This document shows positions 18,053-29,287 of a stretch of 64,000 nt of DNA, piece by piece; position 1 is the first letter of the stretch, and every line of letters starts with the position of its first letter. The notes under the pieces are model-generated. The model was not told the origin of the DNA. It searched no databases and saw nothing but the letters and a program-made list of their open reading frames with translations. The DNA lies in NCBI GenBank assembly GCA_036008465.1, contig DASYNP010000081.1:2178-66177 (forward strand), written 5' to 3'. This DNA comes from Planctomycetaceae bacterium. GTDB lineage: Bacteria; Planctomycetota; Planctomycetia; Planctomycetales; Planctomycetaceae. Made by a program: the position numbers and the translations under genes.

Positions 18053-20998
18053 ATGCCTCGTTACGACCCGAAACGAATCGAGCCCAAATGGCAACGTTAC
18101 TGGGACCAAAACCAGACCTTTGCCACGCCGGATGCCGCGCCGGGACGGAAAAAACTCTACGTCCTCGACATGTTTCCGTACCCCTCGGGAGACGGCCTGC
18201 ACGTGGGGCATCCGGAAGGTTACACGGCAACCGACATCATCTGCCGCTTCAACCGCATGCGCGGCAGGCAGGTCTTGCACCCGATGGGATGGGATGCGTT
18301 CGGTCTGCCCGCCGAGCAGCACGCTGCCAAAACGGGGACCCACCCGCGCGAGACGACCTATAAGAACATCGATACGTTTCGCCGCCAGCTGAAGATGCTC
18401 GGCTTCAGCTACGATTGGGCGCGGGAGTTCTCAACCACCGATCCGGATTATTTCCGTTGGACGCAGTGGATCTTTCTCGTCCTGTTTGACACGTGGTTCG
18501 ATCGTGACTGCAACTGGGTCGGAGCCGACGGCCGCACGCGCAAAGGGCGCGGCCGGCCGATTGCCGAGTTGCCGATTCCTGCCGAGATCGAGCGACAGGG
18601 AAACGAAGCGATCCGCCGCTATCAGGACAAGCATCGCCTCGCATATCAGCAACTCGCGCCGGTCAATTGGTGTGCCGCCTTGGGCACCGTGCTGGCCAAC
18701 GAAGAGGTGATCGACGGCAAGAGCGAGCGCGGCGGTCATCCGGTCACGAGGCTCAACTTGCGGCAATGGATGCTCCGGATTACCGATTATGCGGACCGGC
18801 TCCTCGAAGGTCTCGACGACCTCGACTGGAGCGAGTCGATCAAGGCGTTGCAGCGCAATTGGATCGGCCGCAGTCAGGGGGCCGAGGTCGATTTTTACAT
18901 TGGCCATACTGGAGTCGACGATTTCGAACGTGCGTGCGCCGAGTGGAAGAAGCAGCGGGCCGCAAACGGATTTCCTACCGACCCCGGCAACGATGTGCTG
19001 CGGATCTACACGACCCGCCCAGACACGCTGTTTGGCGCGACTTACATGGTGCTGGCGCCCGAGCATCCGTTTGTCGAGCGGCTCGCGACTCCCGCGCAGA
19101 AACAAGCGGTCGACGCGTACCGCCGGACGGCGGCCGGCAAGAGCGATCTCGATCGGACCGACCTGGCAAAAGAAAAGACCGGCGTCTTCACCGGCGCTTT
19201 TGCGATCAATCCGGTCAACGGCCAGAAGATTCCGATTTGGATCGCCGACTACGTGCTGGCGAGCTACGGGACCGGTGCGATCATGGCCGTTCCAGCCCAC
19301 GATCTGCGTGACTGGGAGTTCGCGGTCCGCTTCCAACTGCCGATCGTTCCCGTCGTGCAACCTCCGGTCGGTTACGAACCGACTCGCGAGGAGGCGGCGC
19401 TCACCGCGGCCCTTGAGGGTCAATCGAGTACGCCATTCGTCGGGCTCGGGACGGCGATCAATTCCGGTGCGTACAACGGTACGCCCACAGCCTCATTCAA
19501 GACAAAGATCACCGCCGATTTGGCTGCCGCGGGACTCGGTCGAGAGGCCGTCAATTACCGGCTGCGCGACTGGTTGTTCAGCCGGCAGCACTATTGGGGC
19601 GAGCCCTTCCCGATCTGGCATGAGCTTGATGCCGCGGGAAATCCCACGGGACTTTTGCGCGCGGTGCCCGAAAGCGAGCTGCCGCTGACCTTGCCTGAGA
19701 TGTCGGACTTTAAGCCCTCCGGCAAGCCCGAGCCGCCGCTCGCCAAGGCTCCGGCCGAGTGGCTTTACAAGACCGCTGCGGACGGCACGCGCCTCGCGCG
19801 CGAAACGAACACCATGCCGCAATGGGCCGGCTCGTGCTGGTACTACTTGAGGTTCATCGATTCGAAGAATCCGAGTCGGCTGGTCGATCCGCAGAAGGAG
19901 CAGTATTGGATGCCCGTCGACCTCTACGTCGGCGGCGCCGAACACGCCGTGCTGCATCTGCTCTACTCCCGGTTCTGGCACAAGGTGCTCTTCGACCGCG
20001 GATATGTCAGCACGGTCGAGCCGTTTCAAAAGCTGGTTAACCAGGGAATGATTCTGGGAGAGGCGGAGCTGACGCGTTTTCGCACCGTGAGCGGTAGCGA
20101 CGTACCCGCCGACGAAATCGCGACGGGACCGGAGGGCGGCGAAGTCTGGTCGAAGACCAAGGAACCGGTCGCCCCGACGAAGATGAATCCTGCCGAATGG
20201 GAACGGGAAGGAGACGATTATGTGCGGCGAGTCGGCGCGCCGGGAGAAAATCCCGGTTATCGGCTCTCGCAGCGGATGGTCGTGCAACGAACGTACAAGA
20301 TGTCGAAGTCTCGCGGTAACGTGATCAATCCCGACAGCGTCGTGGCCGATTACGGGGCCGATGCGCTGCGATTGTACGAGATGTTCATGGGGCCGCTCGA
20401 GGCGACCAAGCCCTGGAGCATGAGCGGGGTCGAGGGGATCAGCCGTTTCTTGGCCCGCGTCTGGCGAATGATCGTCGACGACCGGGCCGACGACATCTGC
20501 CTCAGCTCGGCGGTACGCGACGTCGCCCCGACGCCCGAGCAGCTTCGCATCCTGCATCGTACGATCAAAGCAGTCACCGACGACTTCGAGAAAATGTCGT
20601 TCAATACGGCCATCAGCCGCCTGATGGAGTTCACGAACGAAATCTCGCCGGCCGACCCGCGGCCGAGAGCCGTGCTCGAGCCGTTCGTGCTGCTCGTAAG
20701 CCCGCTCGCGCCGCATTTGGCCGAGGAGCTGTGGCAAATCTTGGGGCACTCGTCGACTCTGGCGTACGAGCCGTGGCCGGCGCTCGACGAATCGCTGATT
20801 GCCGAAAGCGAGATCGAGATCCCGGTGCAGGTGAACGGCAAGCTTCGCGGCAAAGTCCGCGTGCCTGTGGACGCCGACCAGGCCGCCGTGGAACAGGCGG
20901 CCCGGGCCGACAGCTCGGTGGCCGGTTATCTGTCGGGCAAGACCGTCGTCAAGGTGATCTTCGTCCCGGGGCGGCTCTTGAATTTCGTGGTCAAATAA
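18053..20998 (+). CDS. leuS: Leucine--tRNA ligase
   Basis: [18 protein letters not shown]-terminus, HIGH-type [16 protein letters not shown]. 981 aa from ATG 18053; the tracked ORF starts at TTG 17969. Confidence 0.92.
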   Translation: MPRYDPKRIEPKWQRYWDQNQTFATPDAAPGRKKLYVLDMFPYPSGDGLHVGHPEGYTATDIICRFNRMRGRQVLHPMGWDAFGLPAEQHAAKTGTHPRETTYKNIDTFRRQLKMLGFSYDWAREFSTTDPDYFRWTQWIFLVLFDTWFDRDCNWVGADGRTRKGRGRPIAELPIPAEIERQGNEAIRRYQDKHRLAYQQLAPVNWCAALGTVLANEEVIDGKSERGGHPVTRLNLRQWMLRITDYADRLLEGLDDLDWSESIKALQRNWIGRSQGAEVDFYIGHTGVDDFERACAEWKKQRAANGFPTDPGNDVLRIYTTRPDTLFGATYMVLAPEHPFVERLATPAQKQAVDAYRRTAAGKSDLDRTDLAKEKTGVFTGAFAINPVNGQKIPIWIADYVLASYGTGAIMAVPAHDLRDWEFAVRFQLPIVPVVQPPVGYEPTREEAALTAALEGQSSTPFVGLGTAINSGAYNGTPTASFKTKITADLAAAGLGREAVNYRLRDWLFSRQHYWGEPFPIWHELDAAGNPTGLLRAVPESELPLTLPEMSDFKPSGKPEPPLAKAPAEWLYKTAADGTRLARETNTMPQWAGSCWYYLRFIDSKNPSRLVDPQKEQYWMPVDLYVGGAEHAVLHLLYSRFWHKVLFDRGYVSTVEPFQKLVNQGMILGEAELTRFRTVSGSDVPADEIATGPEGGEVWSKTKEPVAPTKMNPAEWEREGDDYVRRVGAPGENPGYRLSQRMVVQRTYKMSKSRGNVINPDSVVADYGADALRLYEMFMGPLEATKPWSMSGVEGISRFLARVWRMIVDDRADDICLSSAVRDVAPTPEQLRILHRTIKAVTDDFEKMSFNTAISRLMEFTNEISPADPRPRAVLEPFVLLVSPLAPHLAEELWQILGHSSTLAYEPWPALDESLIAESEIEIPVQVNGKLRGKVRVPVDADQAAVEQAARADSSVAGYLSGKTVVKVIFVPGRLLNFVVK

Positions 20999-21035
20999 GG
21001 TGACGCCACCGGCACTTCGTTCCGCAGGAAGCGAC

Positions 21036-21062
21036 CGTGCCGAATCGGTGCGGCACGTTTTG
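21036..21062 (+). terminator. Hairpin CGTGCCG - 8 nt - CGGCACG followed by TTTTG, 38 nt after the leuS stop
   Basis: Read directly. Short stem and short U tract. Confidence 0.45.
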
Positions 21063-21341
21063 CCGATCGCACCGCGAACGCGCGGTCGGGGGCTTGATTC
21101 CGAGAAAGCGCCTGCGGAAGAATGGCTACCAGCGGGTTGTTTGCCTCGCAAGGACGAAGCGGCGTTTTCCGTCCAACAGTTTGCGCCCTACGCAACTGAC
21201 AGGGACGGCAGATGCCGCGTCGCATGCCCGCAGGCCTCAGGAAGATGCGTTCGATGGGGTTTCGGCTGAGCAAGCGCGGAATGATTCCCGATATCTGCTT
21301 GTGCCCAAGGGAAATGCCAGCAGACTCTGGAGACCGCCGCA

Positions 21342-21833
21342 ATGAGTCATTCGCACCTGGGCGCCAAGTATCTTTTGGCGCAGATCGAGACCGACCGTTC
21401 CCGTCGGACCAACCGTGACAAACGTCCCGATTGGATCAACGGACTCATCGAAGAGGCCGCCGGCAGCTTTGAGCCGTTGGTCGGGGTCGCGCGCGTCGGC
21501 TACGAGTGCCTGCCGAACGAAGGAGGCTGGGAGGTCTCGCTCTACCTCGGCACTGTCGAACTGGTCGGCGGCAAGTCGGATGGCCAAACGCGGCACCCCG
21601 ATTTTCGCTGCGACCTCAAGCGATTGCTGGAGCAGTTTGCCCGCATCGACGAGGTGGAATGGACCGTCTTGCCAAACGGCCCCGACGAGCAGGACATCGC
21701 ACAGCAATCGACGATCGTCATTGAAGGATTAGTCGGCTCGAGCCGAGTGCGACTGCAAGTGCGTTCGTCCGCGCCGGACACGATCGGCCCCGGCCTGCGC
21801 GAGTTCGCCGACGGCCGCATCGAACCTGTCTAA
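21342..21833 (+). CDS. Hypothetical protein (163 aa)
   Basis: ATG start with coding-like composition. No motif recognised. Confidence 0.45.
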   Translation: MSHSHLGAKYLLAQIETDRSRRTNRDKRPDWINGLIEEAAGSFEPLVGVARVGYECLPNEGGWEVSLYLGTVELVGGKSDGQTRHPDFRCDLKRLLEQFARIDEVEWTVLPNGPDEQDIAQQSTIVIEGLVGSSRVRLQVRSSAPDTIGPGLREFADGRIEPV

Positions 21834-21876
21834 GAGATCGCCCCCGGGCGGCGTCAGAAATCCGCACTCGTATGCC

Positions 21877-22470
21877 CTATTTACCAGGCCCGAAAACCGT
21901 TTTGGGTCCGGGCGCTGCCGGCGGCGGGTTGTCCTCTGTCACGAGGTTGAACTGCCAATCCGCGTTCCCGGAATCTGTGAGGTCGACTTTGAACTGCGGA
22001 ATCGCCTCATTCTTGTCGGGATCGTTGAATCGGTTTTTGAATCGATCCGTGCCCTTGTAGCCGCCGCCCCAACTCGTCTGCATGTCCAGAAACAGGGCGA
22101 TGTAAGACCCCGGTGGAACTCCGTCGCCACGATTGTAGGTGCTGAACTCGAAAGAGCCGTCGTTCGGCTCGGGCATGCAATCGACATATAAGATTGGATG
22201 CGTGGAAGAGGGCGGATTCTTCGGATCATAGAGCATGATCAAGATCCGATGTTTGTCGTAGACCTTGATACCGGGCGGTTGGCCGTCGATTGTGACGGTC
22301 CCTGAGAATTTGGCAATCTCAGACTTGGGCGTATTTGTTGCTGCCAGAGCCCGATTGAGCGCTTCATCGGCGCTTTCGCGTCGATTGCATCCCAAGCCCG
22401 AGAAACCCAAGACGATCATCGCGACCGACAATTGGCGAAAACCGATCGCGCTCCATTTCATGCGTAGCAT
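21877..22470 (-). CDS. Lipoprotein (signal peptide with LGC lipobox), partner of the upstream DUF1559 gene
   Basis: MKWSAIGFRQLSVAMIVLGFSGLGC lipobox. Paralogous to 24241-24816 (shared AKFSGTVTID, IMLYD.KNPP, RGDGVP.GSY). Confidence 0.6.
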   Translation of the reverse strand: MLRMKWSAIGFRQLSVAMIVLGFSGLGCNRRESADEALNRALAATNTPKSEIAKFSGTVTIDGQPPGIKVYDKHRILIMLYDPKNPPSSTHPILYVDCMPEPNDGSFEFSTYNRGDGVPPGSYIALFLDMQTSWGGGYKGTDRFKNRFNDPDKNEAIPQFKVDLTDSGNADWQFNLVTEDNPPPAAPGPKTVFGPGK

Positions 22471-22646
22471 GCGAACCTCAACTTCAGATCTCGGCTGTGG
22501 CCGCCCGGCCTCTTCCCCACGGGCCGCAGCACATCAATACAAAGGCCAAAGAACTCAGGCTGGACCAAAGGCGGAAGGCCGCGGTTGCGGCCTCCAGATG
22601 CAAAAACGCAGACTCTCGAACCGGTCGGTGCCTCTAGAAACTTCCG

Positions 22647-23792
22647 CTAGAAGCTGGCATCGGACACCGGACCATGGCCGATGATCGTGATCAAGCGGAC
22701 GAAAACGACCAGGCTCAGGTTTTCGCTGACCATGTGGGCTGAGCCATCGCACATCGCCATGCCCACGGACCCAGGGTGAAACGCGTACAGCCCCATTCCA
22801 ATCTGGTTGGTACAGTTGATGACGCAGCAAGCGGTTTGAGTCGATTGGCCGTTACCCGCGAAGTTTGAGCCGCTCATCGGGTTGTACCCGTTCATGATGC
22901 AGCTCCAACAGCCACCCCAGTTCTGCTGAGGCAGGCCCGATGCGGGCCAACTCCCCGAACCGTTAGACAATTGGGCAGTCGTCACTTTCGCGCCGCGTTG
23001 CCAAACGTCGGGGCGGCCAGCCAACTCGGCGCAGAAAATCGTGGTGGAAGTTCCATCCGTGATCTGGTCGATTGAGACGCCGACAGTCGGATTCCCCGCG
23101 TTGAGAACACCCCCGCAGCACAGCTCATCCTTGCCGCCGTTCTGGAACTTATAGGCGTTCGTCAGGTTGCCGCGATACCGGTTGACCGCCGTGTAATCGC
23201 TGGCACCCGCGTAGTACTTCGGGAAAATGCAAGCCAGGCACGGGATGCAACTGGGATAGTCAAGGTTCTGAAACGGATTCGCTGTCCGCGGAGATGAGGG
23301 ACAATTGTAGGCCGGGATGATCTTCGCCGCCGGCGTGCAGTTCGCTTTGCTACAGCACACGGTCGAATTCGCAAACGTGTAGCACCTTCCCGGCGGACAT
23401 TCGATTGGGGAGGCGGCGATCGGCGAAAAAATCGGGGAGTTCAGGCAGATCTTGTTGTAAACCGTCGTGGCTTCGAGGAAGGGCAGAAGCCGCTCGCCCC
23501 ACAAGTGCAGGTTCAAGTCGTCGTACGGGAAAAACGGACCGCAGCCGCCGCAGAAGATGGGCCCGAGTTTCGGACCCAGGACGACCAACAGGGCCGGCGG
23601 GAACATTTTGTTCACATCGTGATAGTTGTGCGCGGCCAGTGCCATTTGCTTCAGATTGTTGCGGCACTGGGTTCGCCGTGCCGCTTCACGGGCGGCCTGA
23701 ACGGCCGGCAGCAGCAGGGCGATCAGCACGGCAATAATGGCGATCACCACCAACAGTTCAATGAGCGTAAAACCCCTTCGCCGATCACTCAT
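22647..23792 (-). CDS. DUF1559 family protein with prepilin-type N-terminal cleavage/methylation leader
   Basis: [45 protein letters not shown] leader. C-terminal [19 protein letters not shown] (H-X9-DG pattern). Confidence 0.85.
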   Translation of the reverse strand: MSDRRRGFTLIELLVVIAIIAVLIALLLPAVQAAREAARRTQCRNNLKQMALAAHNYHDVNKMFPPALLVVLGPKLGPIFCGGCGPFFPYDDLNLHLWGERLLPFLEATTVYNKICLNSPIFSPIAASPIECPPGRCYTFANSTVCCSKANCTPAAKIIPAYNCPSSPRTANPFQNLDYPSCIPCLACIFPKYYAGASDYTAVNRYRGNLTNAYKFQNGGKDELCCGGVLNAGNPTVGVSIDQITDGTSTTIFCAELAGRPDVWQRGAKVTTAQLSNGSGSWPASGLPQQNWGGCWSCIMNGYNPMSGSNFAGNGQSTQTACCVINCTNQIGMGLYAFHPGSVGMAMCDGSAHMVSENLSLVVFVRLITIIGHGPVSDASF

Positions 23793-24240
23793 CTCACGAT
23801 CCTTTCACGGCCCGACATTAAGGCAAACGACCTTCCTCAACCGACAGGAACCAAAACGATCGCCGACAGCGCGCAGCGCGATCGCAATTTAGAATTACGG
23901 GTGACGACGAGCCCGCGCAACGCAACAACGGCTCGCTCGCTTCAGAAAAGAGCAAATCGATAGGTACAAGCCCCGGTATTCTGGCGCGGCCATGCGGAGA
24001 GTCAAAGGCAAAAGCGCCAAGAATTGAGGGGAAACACCGTTAATAAATGATTAACGAGTGTCCAATGTGTGCCAGCTCACAGTTATGCGAGTTTTTTAGC
24101 CAAGATGGCTATTTTTTTATCTGCGCTGGCGAGTTTTTTAGCTGAGTTTCCGCTGAAGTGGGGCATCTGCCACTCAGGGGCGCGTCGACAGCAGTCGGCG
24201 ACCGCACCTGGGACGCGAAGGTCGCTCAGGCCTGCGAGAA

Positions 24241-24816
24241 CTACCGCTTAACGATGCGGGTAATCGCACGTTCACCAGGCTGGGCGATGGCGTCCTTTCC
24301 GGCGATCTCCAGATCGAACGTCCAATCCGTCTTGCCCGGCTCGGTAATCTCAACGTTGAATTGCGTAGTGTCCGGGTCGTTGTACAAATTCTTCAGCGCA
24401 TCGGGTGAATTGGACCCGCCGCGAAACGGATTCACCTTGAATGCCGCGAACAGCACCTTGTAGGAGCCTACAGGAACGCCGTCGCCGCGCGTGTAGCTCG
24501 TGAACTCGAAATGACCGTCGCTCCCGACTCGAGCCGAAAGAGGAAGCTGCTTCGGCGGCGGGGGATTCTTCGTGTCGTAAAGCATGATCATCAACGATTC
24601 ATCGGGTTTGAACGCCGGCGGCGCATGATCGATGGTCACTGTGCCGGAGAACTTGGCGATCTGTCCGCGAGTCGTGTTGGAGTCGCGCAGGCGATCGTTC
24701 AAGGCTTGATCCGCACTTTGCGACGGGCCGCCACAGCCCGCCGTAGAGAATGCGAAGGCCGTGCAAGCGCAGCACCCTGCCAAAATACACACGAAGTAGC
24801 GCGCCTTCGCTGACAT
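24241..24816 (-). CDS. Lipoprotein paralog of 21877-22470
   Basis: Signal peptide ending TAGC. Conserved blocks shared with the other copy. Confidence 0.6.
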   Translation of the reverse strand: MSAKARYFVCILAGCCACTAFAFSTAGCGGPSQSADQALNDRLRDSNTTRGQIAKFSGTVTIDHAPPAFKPDESLMIMLYDTKNPPPPKQLPLSARVGSDGHFEFTSYTRGDGVPVGSYKVLFAAFKVNPFRGGSNSPDALKNLYNDPDTTQFNVEITEPGKTDWTFDLEIAGKDAIAQPGERAITRIVKR

Positions 24817-25015
24817 TCCATCACTCCCATTTCAGAATTCGAGCTCCGGCTGCGGCCAGCCGCGTCATTCGATGGCTCCGATCGAGCAGGCCGCAGTCCA
24901 GAAAAACCGCGGCGGCCCCCTTTGAAATACGACGCCGCAGCGCAAACCGCAAGAGCCGAGGCTGCCCAAGCGCGCCCCAGCTCTTGCGTGTTTTGCTGAG
25001 AATTCGACCCAAGCT

Positions 25016-26269
25016 CTAGAAGTTGTCCGTCACCGCAGAACGACCGGCGTAGGTGAGCAACCGGCAAAATACGAGCACGCTGATGTTTTCGCTCACCATG
25101 TGAGATGAGCCGTCGCACATCGCCAGGCCGCACGTTCCGGGATGGAAGCTGTACAGTCCCAGCTTGGCCTGGTTAGTGCAGTTCATGAAGCACACCGGCG
25201 CCGGGGGAGTCGCGGGCGGTGCGGCCGCCGCGGCCGTCCCGTCAAACGTCGAACCCCAGAGCTGATTCCAGCCGTTGTCGAGGCAGGCCCAGCATCCGCC
25301 GAAGTTGCTGTTGAGCGGCAAGCCCCCCTCGTTGGTGGGCCAAGTGGCAACATTGCCGCCAGCGACCACCGATCCGAGGTTCTTCTTGGCGCCTTTCTGC
25401 CAGAGATCGGGACGGCCCGCCAATTCCGCGCAAAAGATCGTCGTCGAGGTGCCGTCCGTAATTTTATCGATTCCGACCGGCTCCGTTCCGGGGCGGATCA
25501 CATGCCAGTTCAACACGCCGCGCCGAGACCGGCAGTTTCCGCGTTGATCCGCGATCGAGGACTTGGCTTGTGGGTCCGTGGCCCCCGCCACAAAGTCGTA
25601 GTAGCTCCGCAGCCCGCAGCAGTAGCAGGCAACCGCCGTGTAGTCGCTCGCGCCGGCCCAGTATGCCGGGAAGGGCGAGGGAGCACAGGGATTCGGGCAG
25701 AAGCCTTTCGCGAAGCAGTAGGCCAGACTCTTCTCTTGGAAGGGATTCGTCGAGCGGGGCGAGGAGGGACAGATGTACGCCGGGACCACCGCAGCTGCAG
25801 GCCGCGTCAAACCCGCATTGCAGGCGCCGGAGTTGAGTTGCGTATAACACGTGTTGCCGATGAACGCCGGAGAAAAAGACGTTGACACCGGCGCGAAGAT
25901 CGGGCCGTTCATGCAAATCTTGTTGTAGACGGTCCCCGCCTCCAGATATTGCAACAACCGCTCGCCCCAAACGTGAATGTTCTCGTCGCAGTGGCAGCTT
26001 GGCTTGAAGCACGCAAAGCAGCAGGTGCACAGCTGGCTGCCGATCCCCACGCCCACCCCCATCGTGATCGCGGGCGGGAACATGTTGTTCACGTCGTGGT
26101 AGTTGTGGGCGGCCAAAGCAATCTGCTTCAGATTGTTTCGGCACTGGGTCCGACGCGCAGCTTCCCGCGCCGCTTGGACCGCCGGGAGCAAAAGGGCAAT
26201 CAAGACGGCAATAATGGCAATGACGACCAACAATTCAATCAGCGTAAAACCCTTCGGCCTGCGAAACAT
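25016..26269 (-). CDS. DUF1559 family protein with prepilin-type leader (paralog of 22647-23792)
   Basis: [49 protein letters not shown] and [22 protein letters not shown] 26269 with AAGGA upstream. Confidence 0.85.
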   Translation of the reverse strand: MFRRPKGFTLIELLVVIAIIAVLIALLLPAVQAAREAARRTQCRNNLKQIALAAHNYHDVNNMFPPAITMGVGVGIGSQLCTCCFACFKPSCHCDENIHVWGERLLQYLEAGTVYNKICMNGPIFAPVSTSFSPAFIGNTCYTQLNSGACNAGLTRPAAAVVPAYICPSSPRSTNPFQEKSLAYCFAKGFCPNPCAPSPFPAYWAGASDYTAVACYCCGLRSYYDFVAGATDPQAKSSIADQRGNCRSRRGVLNWHVIRPGTEPVGIDKITDGTSTTIFCAELAGRPDLWQKGAKKNLGSVVAGGNVATWPTNEGGLPLNSNFGGCWACLDNGWNQLWGSTFDGTAAAAAPPATPPAPVCFMNCTNQAKLGLYSFHPGTCGLAMCDGSSHMVSENISVLVFCRLLTYAGRSAVTDNF

Positions 26270-26986
26270 CACTGATCCTTTCAATGAAGACAAACAAAAC
26301 CGGATCAATCGTCGACCTGGCCCCTGCTGTTGATCTGGCTGGTCTTCCCTGGAAGCCAGGTCAAAAGCATTTACAGACAGTTGAGCATTCTCTCGTGGTT
26401 ATTCGCGAAACTGCAAACAGATTTTCTTCAAATAGCCGACATGCTGCTGAAAACTCGGCGCTCGCTGAAGTGGCCATCAACTGATTGTCACCATCTCGCG
26501 CGATTACCGCCATCTCAAAGCATCATATGCTAAAAATTTCGCAATTACGACGTGCCAATTTCCTCCGAATAAAACCACTCATTTGACCTCAAGGCAAAGT
26601 CGCTTTTTGGCCCATGTTCGTCAGACTGTCGCTTCGCGGCGCCTCGAACGACTCTTGGGTGCCGTTGCGGTCTTCGACACGGAGCCCACGATCTTTTGCG
26701 GCATTTCCCCGAACAAAAAACGCCCTCTCCCCGGCTCGCGCACGCAGTCATTCACGTCTGCGAATGGGGCAGCTATGCTGCACAGAGGCGACTTGAGGTC
26801 CGGCGCCTGACGAGGTCGAAGACATCCTGCGGATGCGATCGTCGAATGCGAAACGACGACCCAAACCCATCGCGGCTCGAAACGCCTGCCTCCTTCGGGT
26901 GATTGCAAAGTGCGCGCTGAGCAGCTGTCGACCAAGAGAGGCACTAATCTAACACCGGGCTGCTCGATCTCGGACCGCTGAGTTTT

Positions 26987-29287
26987 ATGAAACAACCTTC
27001 ATATTGGGCGGCGGCGTTCGCGGCAATCGCGTTGGCCGCCCTCTTCTGGTGGCCTCTGCTCAGCGGTGGCGGTTTCGTCGGCGGGGACGTCTACAGTTAC
27101 TATCTGCCGCAAAAAGTCGTCTACGCCGAACATTTGCGGCACGCGGAGTTGCCCCTCTGGAACGAGCGAGCCGGGCACGGTTACCCGATCGTCGGCGAGA
27201 GTCAAACGGGGGCTTTCTATCCGTTGAATGCCCTCTTTTACCGGCTGGTCGCCATCAATTCGGCTTACAACGGCAACCACCTGCTGCACTACGTGCTCGC
27301 ATTTGTTTTCACCTGGCTGTATGCGCGGGCGATCGGGTTGAGCCCCTGGTCCTCTGGTCTGACGGGGCTTGTGTTTGTGTATGCCTGGTTCCCCTCGCGC
27401 TGTTGCTGGGAATGGGCCATCGTGGGCGGCGCGTGGATGCCGGCCGCCTTTTGGTGCGCTGAACAGTTTTTGAACACGCTGCGCGGTCGGTTTTTGTTCG
27501 GTGTGACGGCGGTCCTCACGGTCCAGTTGCTGGCGGGACACTTCAATCTGGCGTTCTTGACGATTCTCGCGCTTGTCCCCTACGTCGTGCTTCGAGGCCT
27601 TTTTGCCGGGCCCAGCGCGCGGCAGGCGTCGACTCGAGCGCGTGGCGCCCGAGTTTGGTTGCCGTTGGCGGCGGTGGCCTGCTCGTTCGGGATGGCAGCC
27701 GTGCAGCTCGCCCCGACCTGGGAATTGAAGCAACTCAGCCAGCGCGAGGCGCCGGGCCCAAGCCATCGACTTGAGCAGGGCTCGATTCCGTTCTGGTACT
27801 GGTCGCAGGCGATTCGACCCTGGTATTGGTACTCGGTCGCCACCGATCGCGACGCCGCTCTTCGCGTGTCGGAAGCCGAATTGGGCGCCCCAACCAACCA
27901 GGTCGAGGCTCAGCTCTACTTCGGGCTGATTCCGCTGGTCCTGGCCCTCGCCGAGATCTTCCCGGCGATCCGCACGCGCGATCGCGTCAGCTTGATCTGG
28001 ATCGCCTTAGCAGTTTCGGCCCTTGTGTATACGCCCGGATGGTTGCTGGGAGTGACACGTCACCTTCCCGGTTTCGATTTCTTTCAAGATCCGGGACGCT
28101 ACGGCGTGATCACCACCCTCGGGGTGGCAGTGCTCGCGGCCAAGTCGCTCGATCGGCTTCGGAGCTCGGGAGCTTTGTGGCTGGCGCTCACTTTGTTGAT
28201 TGGCTTTGTGGGCGCCATGTGGACGGCCTTGACGCTTACCTCCCAGGCCGAGGATCTCGTCACCAGCTCCAACTATTTCAACCCGTTCGTACTGGGCCGC
28301 AGCACGATCTCGTCGGGATTCGTTTCCGGCCTGATGCTCGTCGGACTGATCGCGCTCTTGCTGGCGATTTTCGCTTCCTACTTCCGTCGAACGCCCGCAC
28401 GATCCCAGACGCCAGAACTTGGGCGCATCGTGTTCACGGTCTGCGCATTGGTAGTCACAGCGCTCGATCTGTGGCTCGTGAGCCGCGTGGTGACATACAG
28501 CGTGATGGTCGCGGATCCACCGATCAATCACCTGCCAGAAAGTCCCGTGCGAAAGATCCTGGCTGAGCGTGGCGGAACGGCGCGGGTTTATGCGCCATTT
28601 CCCAACTTGGGAACGGTGCTCGACGCCGCGGCCACGCCTGTCTATTTGACCTTCGGACCGGCCGCTTATGACGATCCCCAGCTGAAGATGCCGCCCGACG
28701 CTGCCGCGGACGCCAGCCCCGCCGTCAAAACGGAGACTCTACGAAAGCAGATCGATTGGCTGCGGCGGGCGGGTGTCACGCACGCACTCAGCGTTCATAC
28801 CCCCGATGAAATGAAACTGCCGGGCCGCCTCGTTTGGAGCGGTTTCGATCCGCTATTCAATCCGGCGATGGCCCGGTATGGCGAGCCGCTGTACCTCTAC
28901 GAGTTGGACGGGGGCCGCGGGCGAATTGCCTGGGAACATCCCGACGCTCAACGTTCAGCGAAGATCACCGAGTTTCGATCAGACCGAGTCACAGCCCAGA
29001 CCAATTCAACAGCCGCGGGGAGGCTCATCCTGACCGACCTCATGTACCCTGGCTGGCAAGTCACACTCGATGGCAAGCCGGCCGAGGCGTTGACGGTGGA
29101 AGGAATGTTTCGCGGCATCGACGTGCCGGCAGGCGATCACACGGTGGTTTGGTCGTATCATCCGGCATCCCTATACTGGGGTTTGGCCGTCAGCGTCGGC
29201 ACGTTCGTGCTCCTTGCGGCCTTGGCACATGTGCGGTACTGGCACCCGCAGCGGTTGGCGTTTCTCGATCCGGCAAGTCTCTCATGA
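26987..29287 (+). CDS. YfhO-like polytopic membrane protein (putative lipid-linked-sugar glycosyltransferase)
   Basis: Many TM helices. N-terminal GGDVYSYYLPQKVVYAE...LWNERAGHGYPIVGESQTGAFYP. C-terminal LILTDLMYPGWQVTLDGKPA...GDHTVVWSYHP resembles the YfhO family C-terminus as I recall it. Confidence 0.65.
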   Translation: MKQPSYWAAAFAAIALAALFWWPLLSGGGFVGGDVYSYYLPQKVVYAEHLRHAELPLWNERAGHGYPIVGESQTGAFYPLNALFYRLVAINSAYNGNHLLHYVLAFVFTWLYARAIGLSPWSSGLTGLVFVYAWFPSRCCWEWAIVGGAWMPAAFWCAEQFLNTLRGRFLFGVTAVLTVQLLAGHFNLAFLTILALVPYVVLRGLFAGPSARQASTRARGARVWLPLAAVACSFGMAAVQLAPTWELKQLSQREAPGPSHRLEQGSIPFWYWSQAIRPWYWYSVATDRDAALRVSEAELGAPTNQVEAQLYFGLIPLVLALAEIFPAIRTRDRVSLIWIALAVSALVYTPGWLLGVTRHLPGFDFFQDPGRYGVITTLGVAVLAAKSLDRLRSSGALWLALTLLIGFVGAMWTALTLTSQAEDLVTSSNYFNPFVLGRSTISSGFVSGLMLVGLIALLLAIFASYFRRTPARSQTPELGRIVFTVCALVVTALDLWLVSRVVTYSVMVADPPINHLPESPVRKILAERGGTARVYAPFPNLGTVLDAAATPVYLTFGPAAYDDPQLKMPPDAAADASPAVKTETLRKQIDWLRRAGVTHALSVHTPDEMKLPGRLVWSGFDPLFNPAMARYGEPLYLYELDGGRGRIAWEHPDAQRSAKITEFRSDRVTAQTNSTAAGRLILTDLMYPGWQVTLDGKPAEALTVEGMFRGIDVPAGDHTVVWSYHPASLYWGLAVSVGTFVLLAALAHVRYWHPQRLAFLDPASLS

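Noticed and set aside
19493-21151. 552-aa minus-strand ORF
   Set aside because: It is antisense to leuS, has shadow-ORF composition and shows no recognisable domain.
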